A program made the position numbers and the translations under genes. 5,300 bases of DNA from Octopus sinensis (taxonomy: Eukaryota), in assembly GCF_006345805.1 (NCBI RefSeq), contig NW_021830074.1:1-5300 (forward strand), read 5' to 3'. Below are positions 1 through 5,300 of this stretch, in pieces. A model generated the notes under the pieces. It was not told the DNA's origin. It did no database searches and was given only the letters and a program-made list of their open reading frames with translations. The stretch's first letter is position 1. Every line of letters starts with the position of its first letter.

Positions 1-147
1 TCTGTCTACCAAATACACTTTTGTAGAAAGCTTTGGCCAGCCCGAGGGTATAACAGAACACACATGGCCTAGGTGCCATGCAGTGGGACTGAACCTAGAA
101 CCATGTGGTTGGGAAGCAAGCTTCTTACCACACAGCCACGCCTGTAC
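1..147 (-). mobile_element. tRNA-derived SINE, 5' half (family A), running off the left edge of the window
   Basis: The minus strand reads GTACAGGCGTGGCTGTGTGGTAAGAAGCTTGCTTCCCAACCACATGGTTCTAGGTTCAGTCCCACTGC. It has an A-box-like TGGCTGTGTGG (128-138) and a B-box-like GGTTCAGTCCC (85-95), and aligns along its length with the + strand copy at 976-1135. It resembles an abundant octopus SINE from memory (unverified). Confidence 0.85.
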
Positions 148-207
148 TGAGACCTCGTATTATGTATTTAGCTACTGCCCTTTACATTCTAAGGTCAAAT
201 CTTACCA

Positions 208-260
208 ATCTATCTACCTACATTTCTGCCAATCTATCAATCTATCTATCTATCTATCTG
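208..260. repeat. (TCTA)n tetranucleotide microsatellite, imperfect
   Basis: TCTATCAATCTATCTATCTATCTATCTG at about 233-260, with degenerate units upstream. Confidence 0.9.
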
Positions 261-362
261 TGTATCGACCAAATAATTTATAAGATATAGCTAAGTAGAT
301 TGGTATGCGAATGGAAAGAAATCACATTGCAAATACTGGAGTGCATCAGTGTGTGAGAGTAT

Positions 363-393
363 GAGACAGACAGACAGATAGACAGAGAGAGAG
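363..393. repeat. (GACA)n/(GA)n compound microsatellite
   Basis: GAGACAGACAGACAGATAGACAGAGAGAGAG. Confidence 0.9.
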
Positions 394-495
394 TTTCCCT
401 AATGCATTAGCAAGGAAAGCGAAGTCCTCCCCACAGGGATTTGAAACCGGCACATATATACTGCTCTCCGAAAAATTACCGTCCTACTTACTACA
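394..495 (-). mobile_element. Degenerate tRNA-like SINE head fragment (a different family from A)
   Basis: The minus strand has a B-box-like GGTTTCAAATCCC (436-448) about 35 nt downstream of a weak A-box-like TAGTAAGTAGG (483-493), followed by ...GCTAATGCATTAGGGAAAC. That tail recalls an octopus SINE body (GCTAATGCCCTTGGGAAAG) from memory. There is no second copy in the window to confirm it. Confidence 0.4.
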
Positions 496-507
496 AATAT
501 ATCGAGT

Positions 508-780
508 TATGTGGGTATGCATATGTATGTGTGCATATGTTCATTATATAAAATAGCAATACATATCTATATATATATATATGTGTGTATGTGTGTATAT
601 ATATATATATATGTACAAAAATATATATATGTTATTATTTAGAAGAAGTGACAGAGTCCTGTTTGCACCAACATACCTATGTGTATATGTCTGTGTGTGT
701 GGGAGTGTGTGTTTCATCTGTGTGTGTGTATATTTGGACTCAATAACACAGTCGTATATATATATGCATTGCAGTGTGTA
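508..780. repeat. Compound, degenerate (TA)n/(TG)n low-complexity tract
   Basis: Interleaved ATATAT, GTGTGT and TATGTG runs; these produce the spurious ORF 581-799. Confidence 0.85.
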
Positions 781-888
781 TATTCACATGATAGAATGAG
801 AGCAGGTAGTGGAGGGGTGTATATACATCAACCTTAAAGTGCTCTATATGCACTTGTGCTAAAGTGTGCAGTCAATTATGCATATGCA

Positions 889-892
<4 letters not shown>

Positions 893-936
<44 letters not shown>

Positions 937-937
937 T

Positions 938-969
<32 letters not shown>

Positions 970-975
970 TATATA
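893..975. repeat. (AT)n followed by (GATA)n microsatellite
   Basis: Near-perfect (AT)n at 893-937 and (GATA)n at 938-969, ending in a short TA run directly before the SINE head at 976. Confidence 0.95.
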
Positions 976-1149
976 GGCACAGGAGTGGCAGCTAGTGAGT
1001 AGCTTACTTTCCAACCACATGGTTCCAGGTTCAGTCCCACTGCATAGCATCCTGGGCAAGTGTCTTTTACTATAGCTTCGGGCCAACCAAAGCTTTACAA
1101 GTGGATTTGATAGACAGAAACTGAAAGAAATCCATCCCACACACACACA
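976..1149 (+). mobile_element. tRNA-derived SINE, 5' half (family A), ending in a short (CA)n
   Basis: Reads GGCACAGGAGTGGCAGCTAGTGAGTAGCTTACTTTCCAACCACATGGTTCCAGGTTCAGTCCCACTGCATAGC...GATAGACAGAAACTGAAAGAA. B-box-like GGTTCAGTCCC at 1028-1038, degenerate A box at about 986-997. Homologous to 1-147 in inverted orientation. Confidence 0.88.
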
Positions 1150-1303
1150 GAATTAATCTGCCTCAACAGAAGATAATCTAGCCTTTCTGCAATTTCTTTC
1201 TTTTTCCTTTTTGAAGGTTGAGAGGGCTTTCTATTTGGAAATGAAAATGTCTTCAGCTGGCACTAACTGTAATAGGAATTAAATAAATATTGCTCAGAAA
1301 TAA

Positions 1304-1324
1304 TGTGTGTGTGTGTGTGTGTGT

Positions 1325-1364
<40 letters not shown>

Positions 1365-1525
1365 TGTGTGTGTGTGTGTGCATGTGTGTGTGTGTGTGCA
1401 TGTGTGTGTGTGTGTGTGCATGTGTGTGTGTGTGCGTGTGTGTGAGCGTGTGTGTGTCTGTGTGTGTGCATGTGTGTGTGCATGTGTGTGTGTGTGTTGA
1501 GTGGTGTGTTTGAGTGGTGTTGTGT

Positions 1526-1561
<36 letters not shown>

Positions 1562-1580
1562 TGTGTGTGTTGTGTGTTGT
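1304..1580. repeat. Long interrupted (TG)n microsatellite (~277 bp)
   Basis: TG runs interrupted by CA, CG, TC and TTGAGTGG. It is the source of the five HT- and VC-repeat ORFs in the ORF track. Confidence 0.97.
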
Positions 1581-1582
1581 TA

Positions 1583-1940
1583 ATGGATATATCACCATAT
1601 TGTGTTAGAACAGTCATGAAAGATCTTGGATACGAGCTAAGAGTTGTGTGAAAGAAGTCAATAATTTAAAAAGCTAAGAAGACCAAAAGGTGTAACTTGG
1701 CTAAAGAGTTATGCAACAAAGAAGATGAGTTTTGGTTATTAATAATGTGGTCTGACGAAAGCAAATTCTGCCAATTTTCCCACTTTAAGGCAGATATATG
1801 TAAATGTGATGCAACAAAACTGAGGCATTGGATATAGTTTGTTTGTATGGAAAAATCTAATATGAGGCAGTTATTGCATGGAGGGAAGTTTGGGTGATAG
1901 ACAGACAGATCAGAGCTTATTTTGTTGAAAGGGCCCAAAA
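1583..1940 (+). mobile_element. Tc1-family transposase relic, N-proximal half (HTH_Tnp_Tc3_2-like region plus first catalytic Asp)
   Basis: Frame +2 from 1583 reads MDISPYCVRTVMKDLGYELRVV*KKSII*KAKKTKRCNLAKELCNKEDEFWLLIMWSDESKFC (Asp codon 1754-1756). This matches the Tc1 pattern S..TVRR.L...GY..RV.RKKP...KRL.FAK...K...FW..V.WSDESKF. After frameshifts come EALDIVCL...AVIAW (frame +1, 1822-1881) and DRSELILLKG (frame +2, 1904-1933). Multiple stops and indels show it is inactive. Confidence 0.88.
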
Positions 1941-2421
1941 TATGGACTGTGATTAGAATGTCATAGGAAAGAATTGCAAGACATATTCTTCAAGCCAAGC
2001 CAACTAGCGGGAGACCAAAGAGTAGACCAAGAAAGATATGGTATGATGATATCCATAGTCTTAGTTGGTTAAACTTGGGAGTCCAGCCAGAAAATGTAAT
2101 GATGATTGCTTTTGATAGGACCCTTTGGAGGAGGTGCCTGAGGACTCTACCCTATGACTGGCCAGAGACCTAGGAGTAGGCCAAGAACGAGACAGTCGGA
2201 TAATGTCCATAGTCTCAGTTGGTCATGCTTGGGAATCCAGCCAAGAAAATGTAATGGGGATTGCTTTTGATAGGACCCTATGGAGGAGGTGCCTGAGGAC
2301 TCTACCCTATGACTGGCCAGAGACCAAGCAGTAGATGAACAAGATAGTTGGATGACATCCACAGTCTCATTTAAGTCATGCTTGGAAATTTGACCGGAAA
2401 GTGGTGATTGCTTCTGTTAGG
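1941..2421 (+). mobile_element. RTE-clade LINE (Rex3/Expander-like) ORF C-terminus, with the last ~155 bp present as about 2.7 tandem units
   Basis: Frame +2 reads VIRMS*ERIARHILQAKPTSGRPKSRPRKIWYDDIHSLSWLNLGVQPENVMMIAFDRTLWRRCLRTLP. This matches the RTE terminal motif RM...R....PTG.RPRGRPR.RW.D.I..L.W..LG..PE......DR..WR...R.LP. The anchor GAGACC recurs at 2011, 2165 and 2320. Confidence 0.85.
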
Positions 2422-2462
2422 TTTTGCTTTTGTATAGCTTTGTTATAAAGAGCAAATGACAA

Positions 2463-2794
2463 ATGAGTGCGCTGAAGATACTGGTTGACAAAACATTCAA
2501 TCTCGAAGGCCTTGTCACAAAACATGCACTTTAACATTTGCGGTTTGTTTGTAGTTTTGCGCTGCTCAAGTGTGCTTTCGTCCATGAAATACTTCTGAGA
2601 TAAGTTACACTTTCAATAAGATGCACAAGGGTCACCAGAGTGGCTTGAGTATTATTAGTGTGAATCAGTTTGTGTGGCCCAAGATTTAGTTTCTGAGAAA
2701 ATGTTTGCATGCAATATTCCCTTCCTGCCTAGGTGTGCCTGTCTATGTTTGTCAACCCAGAAAGGAAAATGACGATTGTTTCCAGTAGAAGGAA
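2463..2794 (-). pseudogene. Degenerate tandem C2H2 (Kruppel-type) zinc-finger array, four fingers, with frameshifts
   Basis: Minus-strand fingers against C-x2-C-x3-F-x5-L-x2-H-x3/4-H. A (2794-2733): F*LLL*ETIV*IFLSGLT[K]HRQAH then LGRK, with a 1-nt deletion. B (2719-2660): EYCMQTFSQKLNLGPHKLIH then T, first Cys deleted. C (2609-2547): CNLS*QKYFMDESTLEQR*KTTN*. D (2528-2463): CMFCDKAFEIECFVNQY*LQRTH. Here * marks a substituted consensus residue; most are single-nt changes (TGT>TCT, CAC>CGC, CAC>AAC, CAT>TAT, TGC>TTC). C and D are in frame, joined by KPQMLK. Confidence 0.8.
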
Positions 2795-3067
2795 CCTAGG
2801 GAGAAGATTCCTGATGACTGTACTCCACAGCCCTCCCAGCAATAGTGTGTGAAGGAAGATGGTTAAATGCCCAAACTCCTAGCAAATACTTGAAAAGGGA
2901 TCTGCTACTTTTTCCCTTCTATTTTCAATGTGAGAACTAATAAGGAAGCCATCCTGGACAGCATCCAGTTAAGGGCCGATTGGCATTTCATCGTCAACAG
3001 ACACACGCATTCCAATTCTTTGGTCCACATGTGCTGTGTTGTCCCCCTGTCTTTTCTCTTGCCACAA

Positions 3068-3148
3068 TGGTTTCAAATGTTGCCACAAGGGCAGCCATTT
3101 TGGGGCAGGAGCTGAGTCGATTCCATCGACTCCAGTGTTCAACTGGTT
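3068..3148 (-). mobile_element. Older SINE (family B) fragment, 3' part; probably continues at 3551-3582
   Basis: GAGTCGATTCCATCGACTCCAGTGTTCAACTGGT (3114-3147) is a diverged homologue of AAGTTGATTACATCGACCCCAGTGCGTAACTGGT in the neighbouring copies. It contains an 8-bp perfect hairpin, GAGTCGAT-TCC-ATCGACTC (3114-3132). Confidence 0.7.
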
Positions 3149-3149
3149 T

Positions 3150-3478
3150 AAGGGGCTAAACACAGAGGGGACAAACAAGGACTGACAAACAGATTAAGTT
3201 GATTACATCGACCCCAGTGCGTAACTGGTATTTATTTAATCGACCCCGAAAGGATGAAAGGTAAAGTCTATCTCGGCAGAATTTGAACTCAGAATGTAGC
3301 CACTGGCCAAATACCTATTTCTTTACTACCCACAAGGGGCTAAACACAGAGGGGACAAACAAGGACAGACAAACAGATTAAGTTGATTACATCGACCCCA
3401 GTGCGTAACTGGTATTTATTTAATCGACCCCGAAAGGATGAAAGGTAAAGTCTATCTCGGCAGAATTTGAACTCAGAA
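3150..3478. repeat. 145-bp direct repeat pair (3150-3294 and 3334-3478), period 184 bp
   Basis: Manual alignment gives 144/145 identity; the only difference is GGACTGAC versus GGACAGAC. Confidence 0.95.
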
Positions 3479-3546
3479 CATAACGGCAGACGAAATACTG
3501 CTAAACATTTCACCCGGCATGCTAACGATTCTGCCAGCTTGCTGCC
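3150..3546 (-). mobile_element. tRNA-derived SINE (family B) with an internal tandem duplication (one head, two bodies)
   Basis: The minus-strand head GGCAGCAAGCTGGCAGAATCGTTAGCATGCCGGG starts at 3546. A-box-like TGGCAGAATCG at 3526-3536; B-box-like GAGTTCAAATTC at 3463-3474 and again at 3279-3290. Confidence 0.88.
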
Positions 3547-3550
3547 TTAA

Positions 3551-3582
3551 AAAGGTGAAAGGCAAATTCTACCTTGGCGGAG
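3551..3582 (-). mobile_element. Short family-B SINE remnant (likely the other side of the older copy)
   Basis: AAAGGTGAAAGGCAAATTCTACCTTGGCGGAG aligns with AAAGGATGAAAGGTAAAGTCTATCTCGGCAGA in the dimer bodies. Confidence 0.55.
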
Positions 3583-3680
3583 GAACCAGCTCATTTCATT
3601 ACCTCAATGAAACAAGCACTCATTCACTCATCCACCTATCTACCCACAACCCTCTCATCTCTCTTTTTTTTATTTCTTTC

Positions 3681-3996
3681 TTTTAAGACAATGGAGACGA
3701 ATGGTGCAACAAGCAAGATATCACATAGCTGGAAAACAACTCACGAAATCAAATCTGCAAAATGTGATATTGAAAGCGCTGACTTTAATCCAATAGAGTA
3801 TACATGATACATGACAACACCTTGATAGGAGGTTGCGAGCAAGCTCATCAGAAATTACATCAGTTACAGAGCTGAAAGAAGTATTGATTGAAGAATGGAC
3901 AAATATGGATCAGTTTATAATTGATAATATAAACAACTCCATTGCCAATCGGGTAAAAGCTGTGATATTCAAACGAAAGGGTAATTCCTTTGCTAG
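3681..3996 (+). mobile_element. Tc1-family transposase relic, C-terminal half (second Asp region and catalytic Glu)
   Basis: F*DNG at 3681-3695 resembles FQQDNA. Frame +1 then reads SKISHSWKTTHEIKSAKCDIESADFNPIE (Glu 3796-3798), in exact register with AK....W.....I....WP.QSPDLNPIE. A 7-bp tandem duplication TACATGA-TACATGA (3801-3814) causes a frameshift. Removing it joins EYT*QHLDRRLRASSSEITSVTELKEVLIEEWTNMDQFIIDNINNSIANRVKAVIFKRKGN, the typical Tc1 C-terminus. Confidence 0.9.
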
Positions 3997-4406
3997 TATG
4001 TCTCTATTGAAATACATTGTATTTGCTCCACTTAATTTTGAAAATAATAAAGAATTTAGTGAAATAACTTTGTCATTATTAATCTGGTGTTTGAAATATA
4101 ATTTAATATGTAATTTTGGTGGTAAGTTTTAACTGAAATTACTTTAAAGCTTGGAGTTTATGATATAAAACGAAGTTTAAACATCTCCACAGCTAATCAG
4201 GTAAAAGCTGTGATATTCAAACAAAATGGCAACTCGTTTGTTAGCATAATTCTGTTGAAATACACTGCTTTTGCTGCAATTAATTTTGAAACTAATTAAG
4301 TATTTAATGAAATAACTTCGTCGTTATTAATCTGTGGTTGAAAACAGAATTTTACTTGAAATTTTGATGGAAGGTCTTAACCGAAACTTTTAACTAAAAT
4401 CACTTC
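3901..4406. repeat. Old tandem duplication (~248-bp period) of the Tc1 ORF end and 3' flank
   Basis: 3947-4086 aligns without gaps to 4195-4334, with about 23 mismatches in 140 bp (~84%) by manual count. Weaker gapped similarity extends on both sides. Confidence 0.9.
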
Positions 4407-4409
4407 AGA

Positions 4410-4610
4410 TTTATTTTTTTCTTTGGTTTTTTTCTTTTTTTGGTTTCAGTCATTTTATTGTAGCCATGCTGGAGCACCACTTTGAAGGCATTTTGGTCAA
4501 ACAAATCGATCCCAGGACTTGTTTCTTAAGCCTAGTCCCTTTTGCCAAACCACTAATTACAGGGACATAACCACACCAACACCGGTTGTCAAGTGGTGAT
4601 GGGGGACAAA
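4410..4610 (-). mobile_element. SINE 3' half with an A-rich tail (likely the 3' portion of family A)
   Basis: The minus strand reads TTTGTCCCCCATCACCACTTGACAACCGGTGTTGG...GTGGTGCTCCAGCATGGCTACAATAAAATGACTGAAACC, followed by an A-rich tail (T-rich on +, 4410-4441). The link to family A rests on my recollection of the octopus consensus and cannot be shown from this window. Confidence 0.75.
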
Positions 4611-5154
4611 TCAATCTGCCAACTCAAAACGACTTAACAGATCATTGAGGTGAGGTAATCCCCTTCTATTCTTTCTTGAGCCAACATAATCTACGCGTGC
4701 ATCGCAAATTATGTTGAAGTCACCTAGCAATACTAATGTGTTCGACGTGCCGAGAAAATTCTCTAGGCTTTTGAAGTAATCTTTCTGCCCGGCTTTTCCT
4801 TCGCAGGGAGCATAGACAGCAACCAGCCTGAACACTTTACCACTGCTGTGCGTCACATCCAAAACGACCAACCTGCCTTCCAGATCTATAAAGACGGTTC
4901 TAATCTTTAAATCCAGGTTTTTTTCTGACCAGCACTGCCACTCCTCCGCCCCCTCCCGGTCGACAGGGAGAAACATATTTCTCGTAGCCGTTTAGAAGGG
5001 GCAAAAAAGCCTGCAGCCCACTCAGTCTGGATTCGGTAATTACAACTACATCCAAACGATGCGACCCAAGGTCGTTGAGGATGTAGCCTTGCTTCTAATA
5101 TGATCCCAGGCCGCGAATATTTGAACAACCGAGTTTAAACGAGAATGTGAAAAA
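4611..5154 (-). mobile_element. L1/Tx1-like non-LTR retrotransposon ORF2 AP-endonuclease domain relic, 3'-truncated
   Basis: Reconstructed protein: FKLGCSNIRGLGSY*KQGYILNDLGSHRLDVVVITESRL...GGGVAVLVRK, then a +1 frameshift in the A7 run (4918-4924), then NLDLKIRTVFIDLEGRLVVLDV...FRLVAVYAP...LVLLGDFNIICDARVD...FELAD*. It carries the APE motifs N-I-R-G-L, I-T-E, V-Y-A-P and G-D-F-N; the EGR/VYAP/GDFN-x-x-x-D-x-x-x-D spacing is typical of L1/Tx1. One stop (5095-5097) and one frameshift. Confidence 0.9.
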
Positions 5155-5300
5155 TTAGTCGAATGTTTAAAACTTACTGTTTTAACGGGAGAGAGGGTGT
5201 AGTTTCATCCTCCTCTTTTCTGTCTGAGAGTGTTGTGGTTTGCGAGGTCATTTTTTTCACGAATTGCCTGTACAGATGGCTTGAAAAGTTCATCTGTAAC

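Noticed and set aside
976-1050. A- and B-box-bearing segments (also 85-138 and 3463-3536) as tRNA genes
   Set aside because: No complete cloverleaf or acceptor stem is evident, and each continues into a repeated SINE body.
83-1146. ORFs 83-283, 105-290, 581-799 and 859-1146
   Set aside because: They are made of SINE sequence plus (TCTA)n, (TA)n and (GATA)n repeats (YLSI, IYIY and CVCV runs).
1150-1303. Possible Tc1 N-terminus or left TIR upstream of the (TG)n tract
   Set aside because: No convincing GRPRK/paired-like motif in any frame, and no inverted match to the sequence after 3996 was found by eye.
1253-1617. Five ORFs encoding HT- or VC-dipeptide repeats (His-rich or Cys-rich, metal-binding-looking)
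   Set aside because: They are translations of the (TG)n microsatellite, which lacks stops in most frames; there is no coding signal.
1904-2173. In-frame (+2) Tc1-RTE fusion reading DRSELILLKGPKIWTVIRMS*ERIAR...
   Set aside because: There is a one-in-three chance of frame coincidence, an internal stop at 1964-1966, and both parts are decayed; no evidence of a functional chimeric protein.
2104-2325. CRISPR-like reading: near-identical 67-bp repeats separated by variable 'spacers'
   Set aside because: The 'spacers' are homologous to each other and, together with the repeats, encode the RTE C-terminus. The context is eukaryotic with no cas genes.
1666-2362. Minus-strand ORFs 1666-1938 and 2147-2362
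   Set aside because: They are antisense shadows of the Tc1 and RTE relics and have no recognisable motifs.
2463-2528. Finger D resembles the single finger of DZIP1 (C-x-FCDKAF...H-x-QR-x-H)
   Set aside because: The resemblance is limited to generic C2H2 positions, and DZIP1 has one finger whereas this is a tandem array. No gene symbol assigned.
2824-2844. YCWEGCG motif resembling a GLI/ZIC-type C-x-WEGC finger start
   Set aside because: It is in a different frame from the adjacent finger and only about 12 codons from finger A, too short for a full finger. Probably chance.
3574-4132. ORFs 3574-3807 and 3833-4132 as independent genes
   Set aside because: They are two frameshifted pieces of the Tc1 C-terminal relic, with read-through into low-complexity or AT-rich flank.
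5155-5300. Possible LINE ORF1 C-terminus (two minus-strand frames open for 31-41 codons)
   Set aside because: No diagnostic motif, and the correct frame cannot be chosen from this window; sequence beyond 5300 is needed.

Overview
AT-rich, microsatellite-rich eukaryotic DNA with no intact gene. The SINE families resemble octopus/coleoid cephalopod repeats as I remember them; I have not checked this against a database. The window is a stack of decayed mobile elements. (1) tRNA-derived SINE pieces lie at 1-147, 394-495, 976-1149, 3068-3582 and 4410-4610. (2) A Tc1-family transposase relic occurs in two collinear halves, 1583-1940 (WSDESKF) and 3681-3996 (DFNPIE...EEW...RVKAVI). (3) Between the halves sit a tandem-triplicated RTE (Rex3/Expander-like) LINE 3' end at 1941-2421, a minus-strand relic of four C2H2 zinc fingers at 2463-2794 that the ORF track only partly shows, and a nested SINE dimer. 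(4) The Tc1 3' end is tandemly duplicated with a ~248-bp period. (5) An L1/Tx1-like APE endonuclease relic at 4611-5154 (-) is fused directly to a SINE 3' half. The most notable observation is the zinc-finger array relic lying inside what looks like one split Tc1 element. The evidence supports an unusual TE/gene-fragment mosaic, not a demonstrated new functional system.
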